64,000 bases of DNA from Patescibacteria group bacterium (GCA_049322655.1 JBMORP010000006.1:320410-384409), one strand, 5' to 3'; positions 28,660-39,467 are shown, numbered from the stretch's first letter. A program made the numbers and translations. Notes: generated by a model not told the origin, from the sequence alone.

Positions 28660-29088
28660 ATGAAAGTTGAAAATTCTGCAAAACTCTGGACAGGCTTATT
28701 TACTGTAATCTTACTTGGTATCGTCGGTTACTTTGGCTATAAATATTACTTCTCTAAAGATGAAGTCGTTGATCTAAACCAGGATGATGAAACTATAGAG
28801 CCAACCACTGCTCCATTCAGATGGGACCTTTACTTGGATGAAGAAGAAGCCACTGAAGAGGCCGTCCCCACTAAAAAGGTTGAAGAAAAACAAACCACAC
28901 CTAAAAATTCTACTACTACAACTCAACCAGCCCAAGCTGTAACCAAAACCACAGAAACAACTGTTACCACCACCACTACTACCAATGTTGATGGTAAAGA
29001 AACTAGTGAGACTCAGACATACACCACCAATGATGGCAACATCAATGTTGAAGTAAAATCTGAAGCTCATTCTGAATCGAGCAACTAA
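28660..29088 (+). CDS. Membrane-anchored Thr-rich hypothetical protein
   Basis: N-terminal TM; low-complexity T/E-rich tail; extended -10 upstream. Confidence 0.7.
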   Translation: MKVENSAKLWTGLFTVILLGIVGYFGYKYYFSKDEVVDLNQDDETIEPTTAPFRWDLYLDEEEATEEAVPTKKVEEKQTTPKNSTTTTQPAQAVTKTTETTVTTTTTTNVDGKETSETQTYTTNDGNINVEVKSEAHSESSN

Positions 29089-29149
29089 TTTAGTAATTTG
29101 TTACTTAGCTTACTGCTCGTAACTGTTATTCTGTTAAACTGGTCTTGTT

Positions 29150-29626
29150 ATGTTAAAACCACTAGACCAAGCTCCTTTGGACATCCCAGTTATAGATAAT
29201 CAAGGTAAAAAAACCTCTCTCAACGAACATCTGGGACAATATCTCGTTATTTATTTTTACCCAAAAGACAATACTCCAGGTTGTACCACCGAAGCTTGTA
29301 GCTTTCGTGATGCTAATGTTGAATTACAAAAACTAGGAGTTAAAGTCATTGGAATAAGTAAAGACTCACTATCTTCACATCAAAAATTTGCTGAAAAGCA
29401 TCGCTTAAATTTTCCACTTTGGTCTGACCCAGATCACCAACTCTTAAAAGCATTTGGCGCTTGGGGCCAAAAGAATCGCTTTGGGAAAATTTATATGGGA
29501 ATTATTCGTTCCACATTTATCATTGATCCACAAGGAAAAATTATAAAAACCTGGGAAAAAGTTAACGTCAAAAACCACACCCAAGAAGTCTTGACCTTTC
29601 TTAAAGAAAAACTTAACAATAAGTAA
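29150..29626 (+). CDS. bcp: Peroxiredoxin Bcp/PrxQ
   Basis: YFYPKDNTPGCTTEACSFRD. Confidence 0.95.
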   Translation: MLKPLDQAPLDIPVIDNQGKKTSLNEHLGQYLVIYFYPKDNTPGCTTEACSFRDANVELQKLGVKVIGISKDSLSSHQKFAEKHRLNFPLWSDPDHQLLKAFGAWGQKNRFGKIYMGIIRSTFIIDPQGKIIKTWEKVNVKNHTQEVLTFLKEKLNNK

Positions 29627-29627
29627 A

Positions 29628-30017
29628 CTAATCAATACTCTCTGGTGGTCTAAGGCCTCTTTTTTCAGTACCAGTTAACAAAGCCCAAAGTTTAGCTAAA
29701 GCCCATTTATTGCCACTTGTTGTCAACCCATTTCTACCATGCCGTTTGTAGTGGTCTTGATAATGTTCTCGCACTGTTAGTAATCTACCATTGCTAGCTT
29801 TATCATACTTTTCATCTCTGCTATGGTCTATGTGGGCGGCATGTAGTCGTTCTCGTTGCCCACTTAGCTTAGACTTTCCACCATCTCTTTCCCAAATTTC
29901 TTGCTTAGTTTTTTTGCTAAAAGCTCCAAAACTTGCGATCACTAGGAGTCCAATAGTTGTCGCTGTTAACAAATAATTTTCATAATTAATACCTTTATTA
30001 ATTTCTCTTTCTAACAT
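29628..30017 (-). CDS. Small HNH-like protein with N-terminal hydrophobic segment
   Basis: FS...K..IWERD, LHAAHIDH, N..LL...EH...H resemble an HNH core without Zn-binding Cys pairs. Confidence 0.55.
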   Translation of the reverse strand: MLEREINKGINYENYLLTATTIGLLVIASFGAFSKKTKQEIWERDGGKSKLSGQRERLHAAHIDHSRDEKYDKASNGRLLTVREHYQDHYKRHGRNGLTTSGNKWALAKLWALLTGTEKRGLRPPESID

Positions 30018-30139
30018 TACTTCCTTTTAAAAGTCATCCGAATTTCTGTTGGTTTAAAACAGAAAACAGACAATTAACACGTAAAAAAACGGGTTGGAAA
30101 AAATAATGTCGATTCAGCTAGTCAGACGATTAAAATCGG

Positions 30140-30565
30140 TTAAGAGCGGTTAGTCCAATAGCTGTGATGTTTCTTTTTCAAAGCTTCAATGTCTTGATCG
30201 TATTTTTTAAAAATAAAATCTAAAAAAAGATGAATATCATCTAAAGCTTCATCTGGAAGTTGAAACTTTTCTCTTAAATAAAAATCTAGATCGGGTAAAT
30301 CAATTCTAATTTCATCAACAATCTCACATTTATTTAAAAAAGTATAAACAGGAATCCCAAAACCATGAGCTAAAGACTCAATTGCAACATAGGTAGGGCT
30401 GGTATAAGTTCCAGTCTCCAAACGTGACAGGTAAGATGGAGTTAAACTAGTTTTTTCTGCTAAATCTTGTAAGGACCAGTTTCTTTTTTCTCTTTGGTAT
30501 TTAACGTATTTACCAATCTTTTCTCCAGCTGTTTTATTTTTAATTTGATTCTTATTAAAACTCAT
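30140..30565 (-). CDS. XRE-family HTH transcriptional regulator
   Basis: IG..VK..REKRNWSLQDLA...LTPSYLSRLETG. Confidence 0.9.
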   Translation of the reverse strand: MSFNKNQIKNKTAGEKIGKYVKYQREKRNWSLQDLAEKTSLTPSYLSRLETGTYTSPTYVAIESLAHGFGIPVYTFLNKCEIVDEIRIDLPDLDFYLREKFQLPDEALDDIHLFLDFIFKKYDQDIEALKKKHHSYWTNRS

Positions 30566-30614
30566 TGACTATAGTCTATTATGAATATAAACTATAATCA
30601 ACATTAATTTTGAT

Positions 30615-31409
30615 ATGAATCAACAAATAAAAACAACCATTAGAATTCCCAAAAAAGAAAATCATATTCTTAATCAAACTATTAATAAAATCAACCAAGA
30701 TAAAGAAGTGCAAACACTATGGAGAGTGGCTAATATCAATGCCATTGAACGTTTGAATATGACTGATCATGGACCAATACATTTCCAAATTGTAGCAAAT
30801 ATTGGTTTAAAATTATTTCAGTTAATTTCTCAAGTTGTAAAACCAACAATAACAAAAAACTATCCAGAAACTAACCTCAACCACGCTGAAACAGTTGTTT
30901 TTCTAGGTTGTATTTTGCATGATCTTGGTATGTCTATTAACCGCGAAGGTCATGAAATGTTAAGCCTGTTCTTAGCTGACAGAATTTTACAAAGAACACT
31001 AGAGTTTATACCAGTGGAAGAACGAACAATCATCATTGCTGAAACACTCCATGCTATTTTTAGTCACCGTAATGGAGGAACTCCTCTCACCATTGAAGCC
31101 GGAATTGTCAGAGTTGCTGATGCTCTGGATATGAGTAAGGGTCGTTCTAGAATTTCTTTTTCTAAAGGTGATCTTAGCATTCATTCTGTCTCAGCAATGG
31201 CAATCAACTCAGTTGAACTTAGAAAAGGCACTATTAAACCAGTTATAGTAAAAATAAACATGAACAATTCTTCTGGCCTATTCCAAATAGATAACTTATT
31301 AAAACCAAAACTAAAAAACTCCGGTTTAGAAAAATTTATCGAGGTTGAAGCTAAAATGACTGGCAACTCAGAACACAGATTAGTTAAGGATTTCAACTTG
31401 AAACTCTAA
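30615..31409 (+). CDS. HD-domain metal-dependent phosphohydrolase
   Basis: DHGPIH, LHDLG, SH, VADALD. Confidence 0.88.
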   Translation: MNQQIKTTIRIPKKENHILNQTINKINQDKEVQTLWRVANINAIERLNMTDHGPIHFQIVANIGLKLFQLISQVVKPTITKNYPETNLNHAETVVFLGCILHDLGMSINREGHEMLSLFLADRILQRTLEFIPVEERTIIIAETLHAIFSHRNGGTPLTIEAGIVRVADALDMSKGRSRISFSKGDLSIHSVSAMAINSVELRKGTIKPVIVKINMNNSSGLFQIDNLLKPKLKNSGLEKFIEVEAKMTGNSEHRLVKDFNLKL

Positions 31410-31413
31410 TAAA

Positions 31414-32058
31414 TTATTCTAAAGGAAATTTTTCTTGAACCCACTGAGCAAGTTTTTCAAAGGTACTAAGAGGTGGCTTTTGGTGGAGTAAAACCTCAGA
31501 CAAGATGTCGATCACTTCTTGTTTCTTTTCAGGAGGCAATACTAAAGTTAACCTACCTGGAAAATAAGCTGTTTCAATCATTAACAACAAAGAATCATAT
31601 TTTTTATCGAACCAGAATCGTCCCAGTTCCTGCCAAGCATAAAGCTTGCCTTCGACACTAACCCCAAAATTAGTAATCTTGTGAGTTATATCTTGAGGAG
31701 GAATCACTGCCAAAACATAATTTAAAAATACCACCGAAAAAACCATTGCTATTGGTAAAAATTGACCAGAAAAAAACAAAATTAGAGAAATTAGCAAAGC
31801 AATCACTAGAACTGTAGTAAAAAATTGTTTATTTCGTTTGCGAAAAGGCCTACTGGGAGCAAGCCATTCCAAAATAACTCTTTCTGGAATTGGTCTGTAC
31901 ATTCCTGGAGCAACCCTAGACATTTCTAGTTGAGAATCAAAAGGATAATAAGCACTGGGATCAACCTGGTTTTGCTCCTCAGTTGGAATATCACCGACCT
32001 GTTTTACTGGCCGCTGACCACCCAAAAAACTGCGGATAGTGTCCTTAGTTTTACTCAT
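31414..32058 (-). CDS. Hypothetical membrane protein (2 TMs plus PH-like C-terminal region)
   Basis: LEW.AP.RPF, two TMs, ITNFGV....Y.W.EL..FW. Confidence 0.65.
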   Translation of the reverse strand: MSKTKDTIRSFLGGQRPVKQVGDIPTEEQNQVDPSAYYPFDSQLEMSRVAPGMYRPIPERVILEWLAPSRPFRKRNKQFFTTVLVIALLISLILFFSGQFLPIAMVFSVVFLNYVLAVIPPQDITHKITNFGVSVEGKLYAWQELGRFWFDKKYDSLLLMIETAYFPGRLTLVLPPEKKQEVIDILSEVLLHQKPPLSTFEKLAQWVQEKFPLE

Positions 32059-32145
32059 TAGCTACACTATACACCAATAGTAGTTGCCCAGAAAAGTAGC
32101 TGAACGAAAGTTTGCTTCAAGATGGTACAATTACAGCTTATAACA

Positions 32146-32228
32146 GGAAGGGTCGCATAGTGGTTCATTGCACAGGTCTTGAAAACCTGCGGCTTACGCC
32201 ATCGCGGGTTCGAATCCCGCCCCTTCCG
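32146..32228 (+). tRNA. tRNA-Ser(TGA)
   Basis: GGAAGGG/CCCTTCC acceptor; CAGGT-CTTGAAA-ACCTG; variable arm; G73. Confidence 0.95.
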
Positions 32229-32462
32229 CAATAACTAAAAAATTATGACGAACCAATCCTTTTAGCTAAAATTGGTTAATAGGTTTTGCTAAATTTCAAC
32301 ATTTTCTAACCCAACAAACTATATACAAGCTTAATGCTTGTTATTATGACAAATAAAATGCTATCGTGAATATAGAGCAAAGACTGGGTGGTAATAAATT
32401 AATCTAGCATCCCTGGTTTTTTAAAACTAAAATACAAATTGAATATTATTCAAATACAAAAT

Positions 32463-32804
32463 ATGCAAAAACTATTAAAATTCACAATCTTATTAAATAG
32501 AATTTATATCCTGCCCGCTTTTATGCTCGCTTTGTTTTCACCAATGTATAGGCCTGATATGGGAAATATTAATTTTCTTGGTATGTATTTACTTACCATG
32601 CCATTGCAACCATACATTAGTATTAAATTAGTTAAAAAATATGAAAAAACAAACCCAAAAAAAGCTTTGATTTTGGGGCTCATAACTACACTTACAATTG
32701 GCATATTTGTAATACCAGTAATTGTTACAATAACTGGTGGTATATTTTCAGAAATTACTAAAAATGGGTTGATTCCAACAATTAAAAGAATACTGTTTTA
32801 TTAA
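32463..32804 (+). CDS. Hypothetical small membrane protein
   Basis: Hydrophobic ORF downstream of tRNA-Ser(TGA); start uncertain (32439 or 32463). Confidence 0.5.
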   Translation: MQKLLKFTILLNRIYILPAFMLALFSPMYRPDMGNINFLGMYLLTMPLQPYISIKLVKKYEKTNPKKALILGLITTLTIGIFVIPVIVTITGGIFSEITKNGLIPTIKRILFY

Positions 32805-32985
32805 GAATCAAATTTTTCTTGCACAATAAACCTCAAAAAATCTTGGAAAAATGACTATTGTTCTACCATTAAGTATAAACAAAATAAACACCTGGTTAAT
32901 ATATACAAAGCAATAAGTTGTGGAATATAACCATTTTCAACAGAGAAAAATTCCAAAAGTGAGTTGAAGATAGTTTCTTAAGTTT

Positions 32986-33678
32986 TTAGTTCAAATTAAT
33001 ACTTTTCAAAATTTCTTTTACAGTATCATTTAGAGCAATTTCGCTAGGAAACTTTACCTCAACCACTGTATTATCTTGTAATAACACATATTCATTAAAT
33101 CCAGGGGGAAATCCTTCTACCCTTGCTGCTGAATAAGTCTTTTTTAGTGAAAAAAGCTGATCTGCTAACTCAACAAATTGCCAATGAAAACCAGGTGTTG
33201 AAGGGATACCTCCATTATCAAGCTCTTCTTGGCTTTTTTTCTCTAAACGACCAAGGTAGTTTCTAATATCTGTTTCAGGAATATTTTCTGAGTCATCGAT
33301 ATATGAAAAAGTAACTAAACAAGGAGTTGAATTTTCTAAACCAACCAAACTACAAGAGTTGTCAGTAAGTTCAATATGAACTAAATTCATACTTGGATAA
33401 AACTCCTCACTAATTTTTGCTTGAGCAGGATACTTAAAAGTAAAAGGAACAATACTATTTTGATAAGTCAGCCAGTTTTCACTTGTCTTGATAGTCAATG
33501 AAGGTTCTTGCTTCATCATCTGCAAGAATAAAACATAACCATAACTACAAACACCATCCCAATGACCGCCATCTTCTGTTCTGCCACCACAAGGAACCTT
33601 CCAAAATAATAAGAATGCAGTAACTGTTACAATTAATAACAATAAACCAATAAAAAGACCACGCGATTTTTTCTTCAT
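32986..33678 (-). CDS. Membrane-anchored exported protein (PsbP-like W.TY.N...F.FKYP motif)
   Basis: MKKK plus TM, then WLTYQNSIVPFTFKYP. Confidence 0.6.
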   Translation of the reverse strand: MKKKSRGLFIGLLLLIVTVTAFLLFWKVPCGGRTEDGGHWDGVCSYGYVLFLQMMKQEPSLTIKTSENWLTYQNSIVPFTFKYPAQAKISEEFYPSMNLVHIELTDNSCSLVGLENSTPCLVTFSYIDDSENIPETDIRNYLGRLEKKSQEELDNGGIPSTPGFHWQFVELADQLFSLKKTYSAARVEGFPPGFNEYVLLQDNTVVEVKFPSEIALNDTVKEILKSINLN

Positions 33679-33852
33679 ATTAATCACTATAGTAAACTTA
33701 AATTGAAAATTCAATTGGTCGACTTATTTAAAATAAAGTTTTAATTATTAGTGGTCTTAGATTTGAACAATTACCAAATTATTTCGATAAAATGTGCTAA
33801 ACTGCAATTATTAAACTAAAAAGGACAAATATAGGTTAATAAAACTGTATCA

Positions 33853-34098
33853 ATGATCACAGCAGAAGCAGTTATTATCCCTCAAGAAAAAATCACCAGA
33901 GTTGTTTTCGATTTAGCCGTTCGTTTAAGATCTTTTGAAAATATTGAATTAGCTCCAATAGTGTTACTTGTTTTAGAAAACATTAAAGACCCTAAAACTA
34001 GTTTTGAAGATTTAGAACCAGCTCAACAATTACTAGTAGTTAATTTTCTAATCGAAATGCTACCTCAAATTGATATCTCTAGTTATCAAACCAAGTAA
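33853..34098 (+). CDS. Hypothetical protein
   Basis: 81-aa ORF filling an intergenic gap; weak support. Confidence 0.45.
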   Translation: MITAEAVIIPQEKITRVVFDLAVRLRSFENIELAPIVLLVLENIKDPKTSFEDLEPAQQLLVVNFLIEMLPQIDISSYQTK

Positions 34099-35272
34099 AA
34101 ATACCCACATTGCTCATCCAAACAAAAACTTCTTCATACCAATCTTTTAAATGAGAATAATCAGAATAATTTTTTTGTAAATTATTCATAACTTCATTAA
34201 AAGTTGCATCAATTGATTTCTGTCTATCTTCACCATGCCAACGAGAATAATAAGCGGTAAACTTATCCAAAATTTCTAATAAGGCACATTGTTTAATCCA
34301 TTTTTGATCAGTTATTATTTGTTCACGGTCAACCAACAAGGATAAATTGTCTTGAGAAAAATGATGGCTCATAGCCATTGGCACCAAAGAAGCTTGATCT
34401 GGAGTTAAAAAACCACCTCTTTGAAAAAATAAGTCACCAAACAAAACATGACTTCTAGTAAAAAACCTACGAATTGGCATTGCTTGAGGATCATTCCCAA
34501 TAGAAATTAAAAAATCCCTCTCTAGAGTAGTCAGGCTAAAAGTAGCAGTAATTTTTTCACCCAAATCAGGATCTTGTTCAAGTAGTTTTGGCTCATTTTT
34601 CACTTTTTCTAAAGCAACTTGTCTTAAGACATAAAGGTAGAGTTCAATTGGTAAAGCAAAAAAAACTCCATTTTTAAAAATTAAGTCAAAATCTGATAAA
34701 CCAGTTGGCGTCGTTTCTCGACTAATCGTAGCCAAAGCTGGTTGTAAGTCTTCAGGAAAACTAGCTGGATCACAAGCTAACAACCAATCTCGATGTTCTT
34801 TAGTAAAAAGACAATGATTATAAATCCTTCTAATAACAGCTGCTGGTTCATTACTAGATTCAACTAACACTGGACCAGCTTTGCCAATGTCACTAATAGC
34901 AACCATAAAAACTAAATCAGCAATAAAACTATTATCACCAGAAAAATTAGCCTTGATTTCTTCTGCAAACCGCAGCACAACTTTGATCATGGATAACTCA
35001 TAACTCCAATGACCATTTTGTGATTCATGTGTCTTAAGTAATGGTTTTTCTAACAAAAAACCCAATTGGTTAAAAATAGCACTAGGATAAGTTGAAAAAC
35101 TTGTTCTTAAATCTTCCAACAAATTCTGATCAAATAACAATTTTTGATCTTCAAGTAAAGAAAAAAGATCGGAACGAACAACTTGTCCATAATCATTCAA
35201 CTTACCACTTTTTTCTTCAACTTCTTCTCGCTCTTTTTTAACAACAGAAAAAAACTTTTCTTTGTTGCTCAT
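34079..35272 (-). CDS. Divergent HD-like (HD-GYP-related) hypothetical protein
   Basis: GH, ISDIGK (S in place of H), HV..G, SHH, ILDKF.A spacing as in HD folds. Confidence 0.5.
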   Translation of the reverse strand: MSNKEKFFSVVKKEREEVEEKSGKLNDYGQVVRSDLFSLLEDQKLLFDQNLLEDLRTSFSTYPSAIFNQLGFLLEKPLLKTHESQNGHWSYELSMIKVVLRFAEEIKANFSGDNSFIADLVFMVAISDIGKAGPVLVESSNEPAAVIRRIYNHCLFTKEHRDWLLACDPASFPEDLQPALATISRETTPTGLSDFDLIFKNGVFFALPIELYLYVLRQVALEKVKNEPKLLEQDPDLGEKITATFSLTTLERDFLISIGNDPQAMPIRRFFTRSHVLFGDLFFQRGGFLTPDQASLVPMAMSHHFSQDNLSLLVDREQIITDQKWIKQCALLEILDKFTAYYSRWHGEDRQKSIDATFNEVMNNLQKNYSDYSHLKDWYEEVFVWMSNVGIFTWFDN

Positions 35273-35335
35273 TGAACAAGCTATTATAACTCAAGTTTTA
35301 AACTGAGAAATCAGGATTAATAAGAAGACTAATTA

Positions 35336-37009
35336 TTAATTTAGTAATTTTGCCAAATGCTTTTGTTTTTCTTCTAAATAAGCATTTTTATCCAAGCCCA
35401 ATCGTTTAATCATTCTAGCGGCATACTCAGCTCCCAAAAGATGAGGAATCATCACAAAAGCTGCCCCCAAATCATATAATTCTTTTGCTTCAGTGATTGC
35501 ATGAGCTATTGGCACTACCAAAACCTTAGAATTTTTTTCTAACATTGTTCTAATAATAAGCTTATTAGTTACAAAGTCTGGAATTGTCGAAACCACTAAT
35601 TGAGGTTTAGTTACTGGTAATTCTTCTAAAAACTCAACATCACTAGCATCACCATAGCGAAATGGTAGCTGAAGTTTTTCTACTCGTTGAATAGAAGCTG
35701 GGTTGTAATCTACCACCAGATAACTTTGTTCAGCTTTAGTTAGAGCTTCAGCAAAAATATCACCAACTCGATCAAAACCAAAAATTACACTCGAATAATC
35801 TTCACCAACTGCCCCTTTTTCTGTTTTTCTAGTTTTCAATAGCTCTAACTTTTTCAAAATATTAGCAATTCTTGGATAAATGCTATCAGCGTAAAGAATT
35901 AAATAAGTCGAGCCAGCAATAGTAATCAAACCAACCAAAGTTACTAACGACAACACTTCTTGTGATAAATGACCAACTCGCATTCCCAAACTAGCCAAAA
36001 TTAATGAAAACTCACTAATTTGCGCTACAGTTAAACCAGCCAAAAAACCAGTTCGACGGCTATAGCCAGCTAGATTCATCAATAAAATCACAATCACTGG
36101 GTTACCAACCAACACAAACAAAGATAAGAGTAAAGCTGGCAAAATAATGGTAGCTAAATTAGCAATCACCATCTGCGAACCCAATAAAATGAAAAAAATA
36201 ATAATGAAAAAATCTCTGAGTGGCTTTAGTCTAGAGGACATTTCATCCGCATAAGGAGTCAGTGACATCGTCACTCCAGCAACTAATGCCCCAATCTCGA
36301 TCGAAAAACCAAGTAATAAAAACAAAGAAGCCAGACCTGTCCCCCAAGCTAGTGAAAACAAAAACAGTAATTCTTGAGAATGAGCAATATAGTTAGTAAG
36401 CTTTTGCAAAACCAGACTAGTAAAGAGATACAAACCGACCAATAAACCAAAACCTTTTAACAAAGTCCAACCCAAGGTATTAAGTAAACCGGCTTCACCA
36501 CCATTGTTAAAAACAGTCACTCCAATCAAAACAAACGTAGCAATCACATCTTGAACCAAGAGAAAACCAATCGCTATTTTGGCATAAAGTTTTTGTAAAT
36601 CTTTTTTATCAGCCAAAAGCTTCAGAATAATAATGGTGCTACTAAAAGTCAAAGCAATAGCCACATAAAGAGCAGCCAACCGATCAATTCCCAACAGTAT
36701 TGCTAAGAAAAAACCAATTAACGAGGTAAAAACTACTTGACCAATGCCCGTTACTAAAGAGATAGAACCTACTTCCTTAATTACTTTTGGATTGAGATGT
36801 AAGCCTACAATAAATAACAAAAAAACAATCCCAACTTTAGAAAAAAGTTCCAACTCATGAGTAGAATGAAGAACATTTAAAAAATAAGGCCCAGTAACAA
36901 TTCCAGCTAAAATATAACCCACTACCAATGGTTGTTTAAGAAGTTTTACCCCCAAAGCAACCACTGTTGTGACTAATAGCAAAATACTTAACTCAATAAA
37001 AATATTCAT
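35336..37009 (-). CDS. Kef-type cation:proton antiporter (CPA2) with TrkA-N domain
   Basis: FSSTIIILKLL, LLVQD, LRDFF..IFF, QISEFS; GFDRVG...YGDASD C-terminal domain. Confidence 0.92.
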   Translation of the reverse strand: MNIFIELSILLLVTTVVALGVKLLKQPLVVGYILAGIVTGPYFLNVLHSTHELELFSKVGIVFLLFIVGLHLNPKVIKEVGSISLVTGIGQVVFTSLIGFFLAILLGIDRLAALYVAIALTFSSTIIILKLLADKKDLQKLYAKIAIGFLLVQDVIATFVLIGVTVFNNGGEAGLLNTLGWTLLKGFGLLVGLYLFTSLVLQKLTNYIAHSQELLFLFSLAWGTGLASLFLLLGFSIEIGALVAGVTMSLTPYADEMSSRLKPLRDFFIIIFFILLGSQMVIANLATIILPALLLSLFVLVGNPVIVILLMNLAGYSRRTGFLAGLTVAQISEFSLILASLGMRVGHLSQEVLSLVTLVGLITIAGSTYLILYADSIYPRIANILKKLELLKTRKTEKGAVGEDYSSVIFGFDRVGDIFAEALTKAEQSYLVVDYNPASIQRVEKLQLPFRYGDASDVEFLEELPVTKPQLVVSTIPDFVTNKLIIRTMLEKNSKVLVVPIAHAITEAKELYDLGAAFVMIPHLLGAEYAARMIKRLGLDKNAYLEEKQKHLAKLLN

Positions 37010-37078
37010 GATATTTCATTCTACTAGTTAACTAGTTGGTCCTGTAAACTGATTAAACTATAGATTAATCAATAAATC

Positions 37079-37993
37079 ATGAATAGTAAACCCATTGGTA
37101 TTACTTTTAGCCACCGTCATCTGGAATACTTAAAACTAGATGTTGAACCAGCTTTAGCCAAAGCCTTAACACTAAATTTCTCTCACCTCAGATTGGGTTG
37201 TTACTGGTCAGAAATAGAACCAGCAAAAAATAACTATAATTTTTCAAAAATCAACCAACTTCTAGAAAAGTGTGAAGTTGCTAACCAACCAGTAATTTTA
37301 ACTATTGGTGTTAAAGCACCTCGTTGGCCAGAATTTTATTGGCCTGAGCATATAAAAGAAAAAAATTTTACCCACTTAGTAACTCAACAAAAAATAATCA
37401 ATTTTTTAGAAAAAATAGTTGAAAAATTAAAAAAATATCAATGCATTACTTACTGGCAAGTAGAAAACGAGCCATTAGATCCAAGTGGTCCTAGCAACTT
37501 AGTCATTCCGTTAAGTTTTCTCAAAAAAGAAATCGAACTAGTAAAAAACTTGGATCATAGAAAAGTGCTTATTAATTTTTGGGGAAACGACTTATTAACT
37601 AGAAAATTAATTTATAAAATAGAAGATCAGGCTGATTTAATTGGTTTGGATTTATATCCCAAACAATTTGTCAAAAAAATTCTGGGCAAAAATATCTATA
37701 AAAACTATTTTGGTTTTCACCAGCCCAAAAATAAACTTCTCAATACTCTCAAAAACATCAACCAAAAAATCATTATTACCGAACTTCAAGCAGAACCATG
37801 GGAAGACAATGAACAAGAATATTTAAGTAAAAATCCTGCCAGTATTTCTCCAACAAAATTAGAACAAAATATTTTAGCGGCCCTTGAGTTACCAATTGAA
37901 GAAATTTTACTTTGGGGTTTTGAGTATTGGTGGTGGCAAAAAAAACAAAATAATAACAGTGACTACTTCAAAGTAGTGGAAAAGTTTTTATAA
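37079..37993 (+). CDS. Glycoside hydrolase, clan GH-A (beta-galactosidase/xylanase-like)
   Basis: YWSEIEP, GVKAPRWPE, WQVENEP acid/base, ITELQAEPW nucleophile, LLWGFEYW. Confidence 0.8.
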   Translation: MNSKPIGITFSHRHLEYLKLDVEPALAKALTLNFSHLRLGCYWSEIEPAKNNYNFSKINQLLEKCEVANQPVILTIGVKAPRWPEFYWPEHIKEKNFTHLVTQQKIINFLEKIVEKLKKYQCITYWQVENEPLDPSGPSNLVIPLSFLKKEIELVKNLDHRKVLINFWGNDLLTRKLIYKIEDQADLIGLDLYPKQFVKKILGKNIYKNYFGFHQPKNKLLNTLKNINQKIIITELQAEPWEDNEQEYLSKNPASISPTKLEQNILAALELPIEEILLWGFEYWWWQKKQNNNSDYFKVVEKFL

Positions 37994-38003
37994 ATTATAA
38001 AAT

Positions 38004-39467
38004 TTAATCTTTAGTCACACGGTAAATAAAAATCTGATCGACTACACCGACCTCAACCCAAACTTGATCTAAAAAACTGGCTATTTCCCAAGCCTGATTA
38101 CTTTTTGTTTTGGCCAAATCGTGAGGAGAAATCACATACAACACTGTTGCTTGAGGATATTGGTCAACTCCATCAACTAAAATTTTTTCTTTTTGTAAAA
38201 AGTAGCGATAACGAGTCGCTCTGGTATCTACATCAGTCAAACTAGCTAGATTAACTTTTTTACCAGAATAATTATCTTTATAATCATTAACAATAATTTC
38301 ACTCAAACTTCTAAGCAAAGGTAAGTTTTCACTCCAATTTGGTTGTCTATTCAAATTAATATTCTTGTACATCAATAAAGCCAATAAAAAATAGAAAATT
38401 AACATTAACTTTTTCTGGCCAAAAAATTCAATAAAAAGATAAAAAAAGCCAAACCACAAATAACTACTATGATACTCATCGAAAACTGTTGGAAAAAAAC
38501 CAATCATCAAAAAGAAACAAAACCAAACAAAAGAAAGTAAAATCTTCAAATTAATCTCTTTAGTTATAAAGTAATGTTTAATATTTTTAAAAACCAACCA
38601 GAAAAAAATTAATTCCAAAAAAATAATTAATAGTTTGCTTGTAAAAAATAAACCTATTAATAAATTAAAAATAAATTTAATTGGAATAATTAAAAAATTA
38701 ATTAAATTAAAAGAAAAATATTGTTGATCAGAGCCACCAAAAAAAGATTCTTTAAGAATTTTAAAATAGAAAAAATCGTGAGTTAAATCAAAAATCAGAA
38801 AACTTAAATTTGGTAATATAAATAACAAACTAAACAAAATTAATTCCGACCAATGTTTTTTTCTATCATGAAAAAAAATTAATAAATAAGCTATGACCAA
38901 AGGTAAACTAAAGTAGTGGAGTTGAAAAAGTAATCCCAACATCAACCCAGCTAAACCAACCCAAATCAACTTAATTTTATCTTTTTTCAACAAGTTGGTT
39001 AAACATAAAAAATAAAGCAAAGCAAAAAATGGCAAAGTATTGGGGTTCCATGGCCACTGAACATATTTAATTACTAATGGGCTAACTGCATAGAAAAAAC
39101 TAGTTAATAAAGCTGTTTTTTCTGAAGACCACTGTCTAACCAATAAGTAAACTAAACCAACCGATAAAACACCCAAAAAAACAGTCAAAACAGCAGGGCC
39201 AATTGGATCAAAATCAGCTAATAATAAAGCTGGAGCCATCAAATAATAATGAAAAACTCCAAAAAAATCTTTTTTGCCATCGATTTCATTAAATGGACCA
39301 AATAAAGTCAAGTTTTTAGCTACCACTAAACGATGAATAGCCATCATATCCCGGCCTTCATCCCAAATAAACCTCATTTTAAGTTCAAGCTTGTAGAAAC
39401 GCACAAAGCTCGCCAACAAAATAATCAGCAGCAAAAAAAACAGTGACAGTTGAGGAAATTTCTTCAC
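38004..39467 (-). CDS. GT-C (GT39/ArnT-like) membrane glycosyltransferase
   Basis: RF..L...FIWDEGRD, GP, WNPN..PFF, QLHY; many TMs. Confidence 0.82.
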   Translation of the reverse strand: MKKFPQLSLFFLLLIILLASFVRFYKLELKMRFIWDEGRDMMAIHRLVVAKNLTLFGPFNEIDGKKDFFGVFHYYLMAPALLLADFDPIGPAVLTVFLGVLSVGLVYLLVRQWSSEKTALLTSFFYAVSPLVIKYVQWPWNPNTLPFFALLYFLCLTNLLKKDKIKLIWVGLAGLMLGLLFQLHYFSLPLVIAYLLIFFHDRKKHWSELILFSLLFILPNLSFLIFDLTHDFFYFKILKESFFGGSDQQYFSFNLINFLIIPIKFIFNLLIGLFFTSKLLIIFLELIFFWLVFKNIKHYFITKEINLKILLSFVWFCFFLMIGFFPTVFDEYHSSYLWFGFFYLFIEFFGQKKLMLIFYFLLALLMYKNINLNRQPNWSENLPLLRSLSEIIVNDYKDNYSGKKVNLASLTDVDTRATRYRYFLQKEKILVDGVDQYPQATVLYVISPHDLAKTKSNQAWEIASFLDQVWVEVGVVDQIFIYRVTKD

